From NCBI GenBank assembly GCA_001772055.1, contig MERP01000022.1, positions 623 through 50,281 on the forward strand: a DNA stretch of 49,659 bases. The letters run 5' to 3'. The first letter of the stretch is position 1. The number at the start of each line of letters is the position of its first letter. The stretch is from Betaproteobacteria bacterium RIFCSPLOWO2_12_FULL_68_19 (GTDB taxonomy: Bacteria > Pseudomonadota > Gammaproteobacteria > Burkholderiales > SG8-39). A program made the position numbers and the translations under genes. A model generated the notes under the pieces. That model was not told where the DNA came from. It saw nothing but the letters and a program-made list of their open reading frames with translations, and searched no databases. This document shows positions 16,974 through 30,430 of the stretch, one piece after another.

Positions 16974-17861
16974 GTGACTGCTTACGTCCTTTCGGCTGGC
17001 CTCGCGCAACGCGCGCGCGCGTTCTACGCGCTCACCAAGCCGCGCGTGGTCTCGCTCATCGTGTTCACCGCGGTGATCGGCATGTTCCTCGCGACGCCGG
17101 GCATGGTCCCGGCCCAGGTGCTGCTTGCCGGCACGCTCGGTATCGCGCTGGTCGCCGGCGCCGCCGCGGCGATGAACTGCCTGGTCGAGCAGAAGCTCGA
17201 CGCGCTGATGCAGCGCACGCGCTGGCGGCCGCTGCCGCGCGGCGAGCTCTCGCCGCTGCAGACCCTGGTCTTCGCCGGCGCGATCGGCGGCGCCGGCCTC
17301 TGGCTGCTGCTGCATTTCGTCAACGCCCTCACGATGTGGCTGACCGTGGCCACCTTCGTCGGCTACGCGATCGTCTACACCGTGATCCTGAAGCCCGCCA
17401 CGCCGCAGAACATCGTCATCGGCGGCGCCTCCGGGGCGATGCCGCCGGTCCTGGGCTGGGCGGCGGTGACCGGCGAGGTCGGCATCGAGGCGATGGTGCT
17501 GTTCCTCATCATCTTCGCCTGGACGCCGCCGCATTTCTGGTCGCTCGCGCTCTACCGCACCGAGGACTATGCGCGCGCCGGGGTGCCGATGCTGCCGGTC
17601 ACGCACGGCAAGCGCTATACGCGGCTGCAGGTGCTGCTCTACACGCTGATTCTCTTCGCCGCCAGCCTGCTGCCCTACGTGATCCGCATGAGCGGCGTGC
17701 TCTACCTCGCGGTGGCGTGCGTGCTCGGAGCGCTCTTCCTCGCCTACGCGCTGCGCATCTATCTCGCGTATACCGATGCGCTCGCGCAGAGGACCTTCCG
17801 CTACTCGATCGCCTACCTGGCCTTCCTGTTTGCCGCGCTTCTGGTCGATCATTATCTCTAG
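16974..17861 (+). CDS. ctaB: Protoheme IX farnesyltransferase (heme O synthase)
   Basis: 295 aa, multi-TM UbiA-family protein with the ALTKPRV...[21 protein letters not shown] motifs. Confidence 0.93.
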   Translation: MTAYVLSAGLAQRARAFYALTKPRVVSLIVFTAVIGMFLATPGMVPAQVLLAGTLGIALVAGAAAAMNCLVEQKLDALMQRTRWRPLPRGELSPLQTLVFAGAIGGAGLWLLLHFVNALTMWLTVATFVGYAIVYTVILKPATPQNIVIGGASGAMPPVLGWAAVTGEVGIEAMVLFLIIFAWTPPHFWSLALYRTEDYARAGVPMLPVTHGKRYTRLQVLLYTLILFAASLLPYVIRMSGVLYLAVACVLGALFLAYALRIYLAYTDALAQRTFRYSIAYLAFLFAALLVDHYL

Positions 17862-18401
17862 CCTTCTGCTCGCGGCTTGCGCCGACGAGCCGAAGTTCAG
17901 GAGCACCGACATCACCGGGGTCGAGTACGGGCGCGAGCTGGAGCTCACCGATCACACCGGCCGCGTGCGGCACCTCGCAGACTGGCGCGGCAAGGCGGTG
18001 GTGCTGTTCTTCGGCTTCACCCAGTGCCCCGATGTCTGCCCCACCACGCTTGCCGACGCTGCAAGCAGCCTGAAGAAGCTCGGGCCGGATGCCGACCGGG
18101 TGCAGGTGCTGTTCGTCAGCGTCGATCCCGAGCGCGACACGCAGCAGCTGCTCGCCCAGTACGTGACCTCATTCGACCCGCGCTTCGTCGCCCTGCGCGG
18201 CGACGAAGCCGCGACGCAGCGGGTGGCGAAGGAATTCAAGATCTATTACGAGAAAAGAAAGCAGGGCGTGGGCTACACCGTCGACCACAGCGCGCAGACC
18301 TACGTCATCGACCCGCAGGGACGGCTGCGGCTGCTGGTGCGCCACGAGCGCATCGGCGCGGACCTGGCCGACGACCTGCGGGCGATCCTGGCAGAGAAGG
18401 C

Positions 18402-18405
<4 letters not shown>
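17830..18405 (+). CDS. SCO1/SenC copper chaperone lipoprotein
   Basis: CPDVCP copper motif and a DHS histidine. The TTG at 17830 gives the lipobox signal peptide [17 protein letters not shown]. The exact start is uncertain. Confidence 0.88.
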
Positions 18406-19277
<872 letters not shown>

Positions 19278-19299
19278 TCGCATTCCTCTTTGAGCGTTA

Positions 19300-19329
19300 A
19301 TTTTAGCACTCCAGTAGTTAGAGTGCTAA
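19300..19329 (-). promoter_or_regulatory. Candidate rpoH promoter embedded in a 9-bp perfect palindrome
   Basis: On the minus strand: TTAGCA, an 18-nt spacer, then TGcTAAAAT (extended -10), about 20 nt upstream of the SD. The -35 and -10 elements coincide with the palindrome arms TTAGCACTC (19329-19321) and GAGTGCTAA (19311-19303). Confidence 0.4.
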
Positions 19330-19421
19330 GGGCGGCAGGGGTTCCACAGGGGCGGCCTTCGCGTAAGTGTGCGCTGACACTACCTAAGCCCCTGCAGGAC
19401 AAGGATTTTGACCAGCGGCGG

Positions 19422-20315
19422 CTACGCCGGTTCGATCTCGCGCAGATGACGGTTGACGGAAAGCCGGGCGCCGAGCCAGCCGAGCACGCCGGCGAGGAGA
19501 ACGATGGCGAGCGCATCGGCCGGCGGGGGAAACGCGAAGGAGAAGCTTGCGCCGTAGGACTGCGCGAGCGGCCGCAGCTCGCGGTTGAGGAGCGCGAGCA
19601 CCGCCGCGACGATGCCGAGCGCGACCACGCCGCCCGCGAGTCCCTGCAGCAGCCCGAAATAGCAGAAGGGCCGCCGGATGAACGCGTCGGTGGCGCCGAT
19701 CAGCTTCGACACCTCGATCTCGTCGCGCTGGGTGAGGATCTGCAGCCGGATGGTATTGAACGTGACCGCGACCAGCGCGGCGCCGAGCAGCGCCGCGAGC
19801 AGCCCCAGGCCGACCCGGCCGATGCCTTGCAGCGCGGCCAGGCGCTGCGCCCAGAGCGCGTCGGCCTGGACGTGCGCCACGCCGGGCAGCCTGCCGAGGT
19901 CGGCGGCGAGGGCCTCGACGCGCTCGGCGCTCGCGCTCACCACGAAGGCGTCGGGCAGGGGGTTGCGACCGATCGCGGCGATCACCTCCGAAATGCCCGC
20001 GACCTGCTTGAGTTCCTTCAGCGCTTCCTCGCGGGAAACGAAGCGCACCGCGCCGATGCGCCGGTCGGCGCGCAGCTTCGCGCCGAGCGCCTCGGCGTCG
20101 GCGCGCCTGGCCTCGAGCGGCAGGAACACCGAGATCTGCGGCTCGAGGGTGAGGCGCGCGGTGAGGGCGCGCAGGCTCTCGAGCAGCGCATAGCTGCCGG
20201 CCGGCAGCGAGAGCGCGACGCCGATGACCAGCGCGCTCATGATCCCGGCCGCTCGCGCCAGCCGGCGCAGCGCAGCGCCGAACGCCTGCCGGTGCTGGCG
20301 CAGCCAGGCGCTCAT
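19422..20315 (-). CDS. ftsX: Cell division ABC transporter permease FtsX
   Basis: 297 aa with 4 TM helices and a periplasmic loop. It follows ftsE with an ATGA-type overlap. Confidence 0.9.
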   Translation of the reverse strand: MSAWLRQHRQAFGAALRRLARAAGIMSALVIGVALSLPAGSYALLESLRALTARLTLEPQISVFLPLEARRADAEALGAKLRADRRIGAVRFVSREEALKELKQVAGISEVIAAIGRNPLPDAFVVSASAERVEALAADLGRLPGVAHVQADALWAQRLAALQGIGRVGLGLLAALLGAALVAVTFNTIRLQILTQRDEIEVSKLIGATDAFIRRPFCYFGLLQGLAGGVVALGIVAAVLALLNRELRPLAQSYGASFSFAFPPPADALAIVLLAGVLGWLGARLSVNRHLREIEPA

Positions 20316-20962
20316 GCGAGCCTCCCCTGGCTCAGGGTCAGCACGCGCTTGCCGTAGCGCGCGACCAGCGCCTGGTCGTGGGTCGCGATGAGCACCGTCA
20401 CGCCCACCTGGTTGAAGGCGACGAAGATCTCGACGATACGCGCCGCCGATTCCGCGTCCAGGTTGGCGGTCGGCTCGTCGGCGATCAGCACCGCCGGGCG
20501 GTTCACCACCGCGCGCGCGATGGCGAGGCGCTGCTGCTCGCCGCCCGAGAGCTGGACCGGGTTGGCCTTCTCGCGGGCGAGCAGGCCTACCTTGTCGAGG
20601 GCGGCGCGCGCGCGGCGCGCCGCCTCCTTCGGCGTATGCGACGAGAACGCGAGCGGCAGCATGACGTTGTCGTGGACGCTGCGGTCGTAGAGCAGCTTCT
20701 GGTCCTGGAACACCAGGCCGAGGTTGCGGCGCAGGTAGGGGATCGCGGCGCGATTGAGCGCGCCGACGTTCTGCCCGTTGACGATCACCGAGCCCGAGCT
20801 CGGCCGCTCGATCGCCGGGATGAGCTTGAGCAGCGTCGACTTGCCCGCGCCGGAGCGGCCGGTGACGAACGCGAGCTCGCCCGGCTCGAGCGAGAAGCTC
20901 ACCCCGCGCAGCGCCTCCTGCCCGCCGGGGTAGCGCTTGGCGACGGCGGAGAAGCTAACCAA
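20312..20962 (-). CDS. ftsE: Cell division ATP-binding protein FtsE
   Basis: Walker [13 protein letters not shown] signature LSGGEQQR and Walker B LIADEP. Confidence 0.95.
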   Translation of the reverse strand: MVSFSAVAKRYPGGQEALRGVSFSLEPGELAFVTGRSGAGKSTLLKLIPAIERPSSGSVIVNGQNVGALNRAAIPYLRRNLGLVFQDQKLLYDRSVHDNVMLPLAFSSHTPKEAARRARAALDKVGLLAREKANPVQLSGGEQQRLAIARAVVNRPAVLIADEPTANLDAESAARIVEIFVAFNQVGVTVLIATHDQALVARYGKRVLTLSQGRLA

Positions 20963-21858
20963 TCAGCGCCTCGACGAAGTCGCGCGCGACGAACGGGCGC
21001 AGGTCGTCGATCGCCTCGCCGACGCCGACGAACAGCAGCGCAATCGGCTTCTGACGGGCGATGGCGCACACCACGCCGCCCTTGGCGGTGCCGTCGAGCT
21101 TGGTGAGGATGAGCCCGGTCAGTCCCAGCGCGTCGTCGAACGCCTTCACCTGGGCGAGCGCGTTCTGCCCGGTGTTTGCATCGAGCACGAGAAGCACTTC
21201 GTGCGGCGCTCCCGCCTGCGCCTTCGCGGCCACGCGCTTCACCTTGCGGATCTCCTCCATCAGGTGCAGCTGCGTCGGCAGCCGTCCCGCGGTATCGGCA
21301 ATGACGACGTCGGTGCCGCGCGCGCGCGCCGCGCCCAGCGCGTCGAACACCACCGCGCCCGGGTCGCCCGAGGCCTGCGAGATGACCGGGATGGCGTTGC
21401 GCTCGCCCCACACCACGAGCTGCTCGCGCGCCGCGGCACGAAAGGTGTCGCCCGCGGCGAGCAGCACGCTCCTGCCCTGCGACTGCAGCCACTTTGCGAG
21501 CTTGCCGATCGAGGTCGTCTTGCCCGAGCCGTTGACCCCGGCCATCATGATGACGAACGGTCTTGTCGCCGTGACATCAAGCTTCCTTTCCAGGGGAGCG
21601 AGCAGGCCGAGCAGAGCCTCCTTGAGGGCGCGCTTGAGCGCCTCGCCGTCCTCGAGCTTCTGCTTGCGCAGCGACGCGAGCAGCGCCTGCGTCGCTTCGA
21701 CGCCGCAATCGGCCTGCAGCAGCGCGGTTTCGAGCGCCTCGTAAGCCGACTCGTCGATGCGCTTGCGCGCGAACAGCCCCGAGACGGGAGTGTTGAGCAC
21801 CTCCCGCGTGCGCGCGAGGCCTGCCTTCAGGCGCGCTGCCCAGGAAAGCGCTGCTACC

Positions 21859-21860
<2 letters not shown>
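20955..21860 (-). CDS. ftsY: Signal recognition particle receptor FtsY (short form, NG domain only)
   Basis: The start at MVAALSWAARLKAGLARTRE matches the N-terminus of A-domain-less FtsY proteins. GTPase motifs GVNGSGKTT, DTAGR and TKLD are present. Confidence 0.92.
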
Positions 21861-23695
<1,835 letters not shown>

Positions 23696-23771
23696 GGAGG
23701 CGAGTGCCGAGGCGTGCCGGCTTGCGCGCTTGTGCGGGGCACCAAATATACCTAAGATCGGTCGAATCCGG

Positions 23772-25436
23772 ATGCTCGAAAGACTCTCAAAGCTCGCGTT
23801 GACGGCCGCGCTCGGCTGCGCCGCCGGCGCCCTCGCCGCGCCGCCCGCCGCCGAGCTGAACGAGCCGACGCTCTACGAGTTCCTGCTCGGCGAGATCGCC
23901 CTGCAGCGCGGCGATCCGCAGCTCGCCGCGCAGACCTACCTGGAGCTCGCGCGGCGCACCGGCGACGCGCGCGTCGCGCGCCGCGCGGTCGAGGTGGCGA
24001 ACCAGGCGCGCCTGCCCGAGCTTGCGCTGGAGGCGGCCAAGACCTGGCAGAAGATCGAGCCGCAGTCGCCGCAGGCGCTGCAGGTCGTCGCCGCGCTGCT
24101 GGTCGCGGCGAAGCGCGTCGAGGAGGCCGAGCCCTACCTGCAGAAGCTGCTCGCGCTCGAGGGCGTCAACCTGGAAAACGGCTTCATGCAGCTGAACCGC
24201 CTGCTCGCCGGAAACCCGGACAAGGCGTCCAACCTGCGCGTGGTGCGCAGCCTCGCCGCCCCGCATGCGCAGCTCGCGCAGGCGCACTTCGCGGTGGCGC
24301 AGGCGGCGCTCGCCGCCGGCGAGGAAGCGGCGGCGCTCGCCGCCATCCGCCAGGCGGCGGCGCTGCGGCCGGACTGGGAGATCGCGGCGCTGTTCGAGGC
24401 CCAGGTGCTGCAGAAGCGCTCTCCCGCCGAGGCCGCCAGGCGCCTGGGCGAGTTCGTCGAGCGCAATCCGGGCTCGCGCGAGGGGCGCATGAACTATGCG
24501 CGCGCGCTGGTGCTCGACAAGCGCTTTCCCGAGGCGCGCAAGCAGTTCGAGGCGGTGCTGGCCGCGAGTCCCGGCAACACCGAGGTGATCTACGCGGTCG
24601 GGCTGCTCGCCTTCCAGCTCAAGGACTACCCGGTCGCCGAAGAGAACATGAAGCGCCTGCTCGGCATGGGCTACCGCGACGCGAACGGCGTGCGCTACCT
24701 GCTCGGGCAGATGGCCGAGGAGCAGAAGCTCTGGCCCGACGCGATCAAGTGGTACGAAACGATCAAGTCCGGCGACCACGTGCTGCCGGCACGCATGCGC
24801 ACCGCGGGCGCGATCGCCAAGCAGGGCAGGCTCGACGAGGCGCGCTCTTTCCTGAGGCGCGTCGGCGCCGATCATCCCGGCGAGCAGGTGCAGCTGCTGG
24901 TGGCCGAGGCGCAGCTGCTGCGCGACGCCAACCGCCACGGCGACGCCTTCGCGATGCTCGACGAGGCGCTGGCGAAGGAGCCCGAGCAGCCCGAGCTGCT
25001 CTACGATCTCGCGCTCACCGCCGAGAAGCTGGAGCGCTACGACGTGCTCGAGAGCCACCTGCGCAAGCTGATCCAGGTGAAGCCCGATCATGCCCACGCC
25101 TACAACGCGCTCGGCTACTCCTTCGCCGATCGCAACACGCGCCTGCCGGAGGCGAGGAAGCTCGTCGAGAAGGCGCTCGAGCTCGCGCCCGAGGACTACT
25201 TCATCATGGACAGCCTGGGCTGGGTGCAGTACCGCGAGGGGGACCTCAAGGGCGCGGCGGCCACGCTGCGCCGCGCCTATGCCGGGCGCCCGGACGCCGA
25301 GATCGGCGCCCATCTGGGCGAGGTGCTGTGGCGCCTGGGCGAGCGCGGGGAGGCCGAGCGCGTGTGGCAGGAATCGCTCAAGGCCGCGCCCGAGAACGAC
25401 ACGCTGCGCAAGACGATCAAGCGCCTGCGGCCGTGA
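23772..25436 (+). CDS. Secreted tetratricopeptide-repeat protein (conserved partner upstream of lolB)
   Basis: An internal ATG at 23772 gives a signal peptide, followed by multiple TPR-like repeats. 554 aa. Confidence 0.8.
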   Translation: MLERLSKLALTAALGCAAGALAAPPAAELNEPTLYEFLLGEIALQRGDPQLAAQTYLELARRTGDARVARRAVEVANQARLPELALEAAKTWQKIEPQSPQALQVVAALLVAAKRVEEAEPYLQKLLALEGVNLENGFMQLNRLLAGNPDKASNLRVVRSLAAPHAQLAQAHFAVAQAALAAGEEAAALAAIRQAAALRPDWEIAALFEAQVLQKRSPAEAARRLGEFVERNPGSREGRMNYARALVLDKRFPEARKQFEAVLAASPGNTEVIYAVGLLAFQLKDYPVAEENMKRLLGMGYRDANGVRYLLGQMAEEQKLWPDAIKWYETIKSGDHVLPARMRTAGAIAKQGRLDEARSFLRRVGADHPGEQVQLLVAEAQLLRDANRHGDAFAMLDEALAKEPEQPELLYDLALTAEKLERYDVLESHLRKLIQVKPDHAHAYNALGYSFADRNTRLPEARKLVEKALELAPEDYFIMDSLGWVQYREGDLKGAAATLRRAYAGRPDAEIGAHLGEVLWRLGERGEAERVWQESLKAAPENDTLRKTIKRLRP

Positions 25437-25975
25437 CCCGGGCCGCCCGGCTCGTCACCGCGCTCGCCGCCGCGGCGCTCGCCGGGGCGTGCGCGCAGTT
25501 CGAGCCCCGGCCGCCCGCCGGACCGCTCGAGTTCGAGCTGACCGGTCGGCTCGCAGCGCGCTACAACGGCGAATCATTCACCGGGAACGTGACCTGGAGC
25601 CATGCGCAGCAGGGCGACGAGATGCTGATCAGCAGCCCGCTCGGCCAGGGCGTGGCGCGCATCGTGCGCGACCATGAAGGCGTCATCCTGCGTACCGCCG
25701 AGCCGCGCGAGTACCGCGCAAGCGACGCGGAGACGCTCACGCAGAAGGCGCTCGGCTTCCGGCTGCCGCTCCTCGGGCTGGGCGACTGGGTGCGCGCGCG
25801 GCCGTCGGCCGATTCGCCTGCAGTCACACAACACAATGACAATGGAACCCTGAAGCTGCTGGAGCAGCGGGGCTGGCGCATCGAGTATCTCGAATACGAG
25901 GGCGAGCGGCCGCGGCTGCTGCGCCTCGTGTATCCCGGCATCGAGCTGCGCTTCGCCGTCACCGAGTGGAAGTGA
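25433..25975 (+). CDS. lolB: Outer-membrane lipoprotein insertion protein LolB
   Basis: GTGA overlap with the TPR gene stop, lipobox LAGAC, and a LolB-like size. It has the expected position upstream of ispE. Confidence 0.8.
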   Translation: MTRAARLVTALAAAALAGACAQFEPRPPAGPLEFELTGRLAARYNGESFTGNVTWSHAQQGDEMLISSPLGQGVARIVRDHEGVILRTAEPREYRASDAETLTQKALGFRLPLLGLGDWVRARPSADSPAVTQHNDNGTLKLLEQRGWRIEYLEYEGERPRLLRLVYPGIELRFAVTEWK

Positions 25976-26790
25976 CCTGGTATCCCGCGCCAGGCAAGCT
26001 GAACCTCTTCCTGCACGTCCTCGCGCGCCGCCCCGACGGCTATCACGAGCTGCAGACGGCATTTCGCCTCATCGATCGATGCGACCGCGTGGGGATCGCG
26101 CCGCGCTCCGACGGCAAACTGCGCTTCGAGGGCATCTTCGGCGAGCAGAACCTCTGCCTGCGCGCCGGGCGCCTGCTCCAGCGCGAGACCGGCGCAGCGC
26201 TCGGCGCCGACCTGCGGCTGGAGAAAGGCCTGCCGATCGGGGGCGGGCTGGGCGGGGGCTCCTCCGACGCCGCGACGGTGTTGCTGGTCCTCAATCGCCT
26301 GTGGCAGACGCGCTTGAGCCGGGAGGACCTGATGGAAATCGGCCTGCGGCTGGGCGCCGACGTGCCGTTTTTCATCTACGGGCGCAACGCGCTGGGCGAG
26401 GGGATCGGCGAGCGGCTCGCGGCGCTCGATCTGCCGCGCGCCTGGTATCTCGTGGCTGTGCCGCAAGTGTCGGTTTCCACTAAGGAAACTTTCTCTTCCG
26501 CGTTGACAGGGCGATCGAAACGACTCACAATACCGCCCTTTTTCCCGGGGCAGGGGCGCAACGATCTCGAAGCCGTCGTCACCGCCCGCTACCCCGAAGT
26601 GGCAGCGCTGCTCGCGCGGCTCAGGCAACTGTGCCCGCAGGCGCGCATGACGGGCTCCGGAGCGTGCGTCTTCGCCGAGTTCGAGACCAGGGCGCAGGCG
26701 GACGCGGTTCAGTCCCAGTTGCCGGGGGGAACGGGCGGATTCGTGGCGCAGGGGCTCGAGCGTCACCCGCTCCATGACTGGGCTGATTGA
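25966..26790 (+). CDS. ispE: 4-diphosphocytidyl-2-C-methyl-D-erythritol kinase
   Basis: [12 protein letters not shown] and the GHMP kinase motif [14 protein letters not shown]. Confidence 0.92.
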   Translation: MEVTWYPAPGKLNLFLHVLARRPDGYHELQTAFRLIDRCDRVGIAPRSDGKLRFEGIFGEQNLCLRAGRLLQRETGAALGADLRLEKGLPIGGGLGGGSSDAATVLLVLNRLWQTRLSREDLMEIGLRLGADVPFFIYGRNALGEGIGERLAALDLPRAWYLVAVPQVSVSTKETFSSALTGRSKRLTIPPFFPGQGRNDLEAVVTARYPEVAALLARLRQLCPQARMTGSGACVFAEFETRAQADAVQSQLPGGTGGFVAQGLERHPLHDWAD

Positions 26791-26797
26791 TTTCAAC

Positions 26798-26874
26798 TGG
26801 GGAGTCGCCAAGCTGGTTAAGGCACCGGATTTTGATTCCGGCATACGTGGGTTCGAATCCTACCTCCCCAGCCA
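26798..26874 (+). tRNA. tRNA-Gln (anticodon TTG)
   Basis: The cloverleaf folds by hand: acceptor TGGGGAG/CTCCCCA, anticodon stem CCGGA/TCCGG with loop TTTTGAT, T-arm GTGGG-TTCGAAT-CCTAC, and an encoded CCA. Confidence 0.93.
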
Positions 26875-26884
26875 GCGATCACTT

Positions 26885-27844
26885 ATGACGAACGCGCCGC
26901 TCGAACGGCTGATGGTTTTCACGGGCAACGCCAACCCGCGCCTCGCGCAGGAGGTGGCGAAGCACCTGAACCTTTCCATCGGGCGCGCCATCGTCGGCAA
27001 GTTCTCCGACGGCGAGGTGATGGTCGAGCTGCTGGAGAACGTGCGCGGCAAGGACGTGTTCGTGCTGCAGTCGACCTGCGCGCCGACCAACGACAACCTG
27101 ATGGAGCTGCTGGTGATGGTCGATGCGCTGAAGCGCTCCTCCGCCGCGCGCGTCACCGCAGCCATCCCGTACTTCGGCTACGCGCGGCAGGACCGGCGGC
27201 CGCGCTCGGCGCGCGTGGCGATCAGCGCCAAGGTGGTGGCCAACATGCTGACCTCGGTCGGCGTGGCGCGGGTGCTGACGATGGACCTGCACGCGGACCA
27301 GATCCAGGGGTTCTTCGACCTGCCGGTGGACAACATCTACGCCGCGCCGGTGCTGCTCGGCGACGTGTGGAAGCAGCGCTACGAGGACGTGATCGTGGTC
27401 TCGCCCGACGTCGGGGGCGTGGTGCGGGCGCGCGCGCTGGCGAAAAGGCTCGAATCGGACCTCGCGATCATCGACAAGCGCCGGCCCAAGGCGAACGTCG
27501 CCGAGGTCATGAACGTGATCGGCGAGGTGAAGGGACGCACCTGCGTCATCATGGACGACATGGTCGACACCGCCGGCACGCTGGTCAAGGCGGCACAGGT
27601 GCTGAAGGAAGAGGGCGCCACCAAGGTGGTGGCGTATTGCACCCACCCGGTGCTCTCGGGCGGCGCGGTCGAGCGCATCGCGGCCTCGGACCTCGACGAG
27701 CTGGTGGTGACCGACACCATCCCGCTCGGCGACGACGCGCGCGAGTGCAAGCGCATCCGGCAGCTTTCGGTCGCGGGACTGATCGCCGAGACGATCCTGC
27801 GCATCTACACCGAGGAATCGGTCAGCTCGCTTTTCATCGAATAG
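26885..27844 (+). CDS. prs: Ribose-phosphate pyrophosphokinase
   Basis: [19 protein letters not shown]..., [10 protein letters not shown], and the PRPP-binding loop [11 protein letters not shown]. Confidence 0.96.
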   Translation: MTNAPLERLMVFTGNANPRLAQEVAKHLNLSIGRAIVGKFSDGEVMVELLENVRGKDVFVLQSTCAPTNDNLMELLVMVDALKRSSAARVTAAIPYFGYARQDRRPRSARVAISAKVVANMLTSVGVARVLTMDLHADQIQGFFDLPVDNIYAAPVLLGDVWKQRYEDVIVVSPDVGGVVRARALAKRLESDLAIIDKRRPKANVAEVMNVIGEVKGRTCVIMDDMVDTAGTLVKAAQVLKEEGATKVVAYCTHPVLSGGAVERIAASDLDELVVTDTIPLGDDARECKRIRQLSVAGLIAETILRIYTEESVSSLFIE

Positions 27845-27866
27845 GTCACTTACCAGGAGCAAGGCA

Positions 27867-28625
27867 ATGGCAATCGAAATCAGCGCGCGCAAGCGCGAGG
27901 CCCAGGGAACCGGCGCGAGCCGCAGGCTGCGGCGCACCGGGCGCGTGCCGGGCACGGTCTACGGCGGCGAGCAGCCGCCGCTCAACATCGAGCTCGACCA
28001 CCAGGACCTGTACCTCAACCTCAGGAACGAGAAGTTCCACGCCTCCATCCTCACCCTCGAGCTTGGCGGCGCGAAGCAGCAGGTGCTGCTGCGGGCGGTG
28101 AACATGCACCCGTTCAAGGCGCAGGTGCAGCACGTCGACTTCCAGCGCGTTTCCAAGGACCGCAAGATCCACATGAAGGTGCCGCTGCACTTCGTCAACG
28201 CCGAGAAATCCCCCGGCGTGAAGGAGCAGGGCGGCGTGGTCAACCACGTGCTGAACGAGCTCGACATCGCCTGCTTTCCCGACGACCTGCCGGAGTACAT
28301 CGAGGTCGACCTCGGCGCGCTCGCCGTCGGCAACTCGATACACGCGCGCGAGCTCGCGCTGCCGAAAGGCGTCGAGGCGGTGCTGCACAAGGACGACAAC
28401 CCGGTCGTGGCGACCGTGGTCGTGCCGACGCTGATCACCGAGGAAGAGGAAGCCGCCGCCGCCGAAGCCGTCGTGGCGCTCTCCGAGATTCCGACCACCG
28501 AGCAGGCCGCCCCGCCGAAGGAAGGCGAAGCGCAGCCCGAGGGCGACAAGGGCGCGGCCGCGGGCAAGGGCGCCGCCAAGGCCGAGAAGCCGGCCGACAA
28601 GGTCGAGAAGAAAGAGAAGAAGTAG
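27867..28625 (+). CDS. rplY: 50S ribosomal protein L25 / general stress protein Ctc
   Basis: An L25 N-domain (RRTGRVPGTVYGG) plus the Ctc beta-domain and a charged Glu/Ala/Lys tail. Confidence 0.93.
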   Translation: MAIEISARKREAQGTGASRRLRRTGRVPGTVYGGEQPPLNIELDHQDLYLNLRNEKFHASILTLELGGAKQQVLLRAVNMHPFKAQVQHVDFQRVSKDRKIHMKVPLHFVNAEKSPGVKEQGGVVNHVLNELDIACFPDDLPEYIEVDLGALAVGNSIHARELALPKGVEAVLHKDDNPVVATVVVPTLITEEEEAAAAEAVVALSEIPTTEQAAPPKEGEAQPEGDKGAAAGKGAAKAEKPADKVEKKEKK

Positions 28626-28631
28626 GGCATC

Positions 28632-29306
28632 GTGATCCGCCTGGTCGTCGGCCTGGGCAACCCGGGCAAGGAGTACGAGCGCACGCGCCACAACGCGGGC
28701 TTCTGGCTGGTCGAGCGCTTTGCCTCGGCCAGCGGCGTGGTGCTGCGCAAGGACCCGAAGTTCAAGGCGCTGGTGGGCCGCCGGGAGGGCGGCGCCTGGC
28801 TGCTGCTGCCGCAATCGTTCATGAATCTCAGCGGGCAGCCGGTGCAGATGCTCGCCGGGTTCTTCAAGATCAAGCCCGACGAGATCCTGGTGGTGCACGA
28901 CGAGCTCGACTTCCCGCCCGGCACGGCCAAGATCAAGCAGGGCGGGGGCATTGCCGGCCACAACGGGCTGAAGGACATCTCGCAGCGCCTCGCCACGCAC
29001 GACTACTGGCGGCTGCGCATCGGCGTCGGCAAGCCGCCCGCGGGAGCCGATGGCGCGGACTACGTGCTGCAGAAACCTTCCGCCGAGGAGCGTGTCGAGA
29101 TCGACGCGGCGATCGCGAAGGCCCTCGAGGTCCTGCCGCTGTGCCTCTCGGGTGACATGCAGGGCGCCATGACGAAGCTGCACACCGAGGAAAAGAAGCC
29201 CGAGGCGCCGAAGAAAGCCCCCGAAGCAGCTGAAGCTCCCGAAGCGCCAGTGAAACCCGCGCAGAAGCCCGCCGGCATCCTGAAGTCGCTGTTCGGCAGG
29301 AAATGA
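28632..29306 (+). CDS. pth: Peptidyl-tRNA hydrolase (with C-terminal extension)
   Basis: (M)[23 protein letters not shown] and GHNGLKD motifs. About 35 extra Pro/Glu/Lys/Ala-rich C-terminal residues. Confidence 0.93.
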   Translation: MIRLVVGLGNPGKEYERTRHNAGFWLVERFASASGVVLRKDPKFKALVGRREGGAWLLLPQSFMNLSGQPVQMLAGFFKIKPDEILVVHDELDFPPGTAKIKQGGGIAGHNGLKDISQRLATHDYWRLRIGVGKPPAGADGADYVLQKPSAEERVEIDAAIAKALEVLPLCLSGDMQGAMTKLHTEEKKPEAPKKAPEAAEAPEAPVKPAQKPAGILKSLFGRK

Positions 29307-30391
29307 GCTTGAAGTGCGGCATCGTCGGCTTGCCGAACGTCGGCAAGTCGACTCTCTTCAACGCGCTCACCAAGGCCGGCATCTCGGCCGAGAACTACCC
29401 GTTCTGCACCATCGAGCCCAACGTCGGCATCGTCGCGGTGCCCGACCTGCGCCTGGAGGTGATCGCCGAGATCGCGCAGCCGCAGAAGGTCGTCCCGGCG
29501 GTGGTCGAGTTCGTCGACATCGCCGGCCTGGTCGCAGGCGCCTCGAAGGGCGAGGGGCTGGGAAACCTGTTCCTCGCCAACATCCGCGAGACCGACGCCA
29601 TCGCGCACGTGGTGCGCTGCTTCGAGGACCCGAACGTGCTCCACGTGGCCGGCAAGATCGATCCCGTGTCCGACATCGAGACCATCGACACCGAGCTCGC
29701 GCTCGCCGACCTCGACGCCGTCGAAAAGCAGCTCGCCAAGCAAGAGAAGGTCGCGCAGGCGGGAGGCGACAAGCAAGCGCAAAGACTTGTTTCGGTTCTT
29801 CGAAAAATTAGAGCCGTACTCGATGACGGGCGGCCGGCGCGCACCACCGAGCTCTCGCCGGAGGAGCGCGCCGTGGTGCGGCCCCTGTTCCTGCTCACCA
29901 TGAAGCCGACGATGTACGTCGCCAACGTGGGCGAGAAAGGATCGGATTCTCTTCTCGAGAAAGTCAAAGCCCATGCTGCGAAGGAAGGCGCGCCCGTGGT
30001 GCCGATCAGCGCGGCGCTCGAGGCGCAGATCGCCGACATGCCCGACGAGGACAAGAAGCTGTTCCTCGAGGACGTGGGCATGGACGAGCCGGGCCTGAAC
30101 CGCGTGGTCCGCGCCGCCTACCGCCTGCTCGGCCTGCAGACCTACTTCACCGCCGGGCCGAAGGAAGTGCGCGCCTGGACCGTGCGCGCCGGCGCCACCG
30201 CGCCGCAGGCCGCGGGCGTGATCCACACCGATTTCGAGCGCGGCTTCATCCGCGCCGAAGTCGCTTCCTACGAGGACTACGTCGCCGGCGGCGGCGAGCA
30301 GGGCGCAAAGGAGGCGGGCAGGCTGCGCCTGGAGGGCAAGGACTACGTGGTGCGCGACGGCGACGTCATCCACTTCCGCTTCAACGTCTAG
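29303..30391 (+). CDS. ychF: Redox-regulated ATPase YchF
   Basis: P-loop [14 protein letters not shown] and a C-terminal TGS-like domain. 362 aa. Confidence 0.96.
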   Translation: MSLKCGIVGLPNVGKSTLFNALTKAGISAENYPFCTIEPNVGIVAVPDLRLEVIAEIAQPQKVVPAVVEFVDIAGLVAGASKGEGLGNLFLANIRETDAIAHVVRCFEDPNVLHVAGKIDPVSDIETIDTELALADLDAVEKQLAKQEKVAQAGGDKQAQRLVSVLRKIRAVLDDGRPARTTELSPEERAVVRPLFLLTMKPTMYVANVGEKGSDSLLEKVKAHAAKEGAPVVPISAALEAQIADMPDEDKKLFLEDVGMDEPGLNRVVRAAYRLLGLQTYFTAGPKEVRAWTVRAGATAPQAAGVIHTDFERGFIRAEVASYEDYVAGGGEQGAKEAGRLRLEGKDYVVRDGDVIHFRFNV

Positions 30392-30430
30392 CCGCCGATA
30401 ATCCGGTCGATCTCACGCAAGGGGAAGCTC

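Noticed and set aside
28440-28625. Highly charged Glu/Ala/Lys C-terminal tail of L25
   Set aside because: Ctc-form L25 proteins commonly carry variable charged tails, so I do not consider it unusual on its own.
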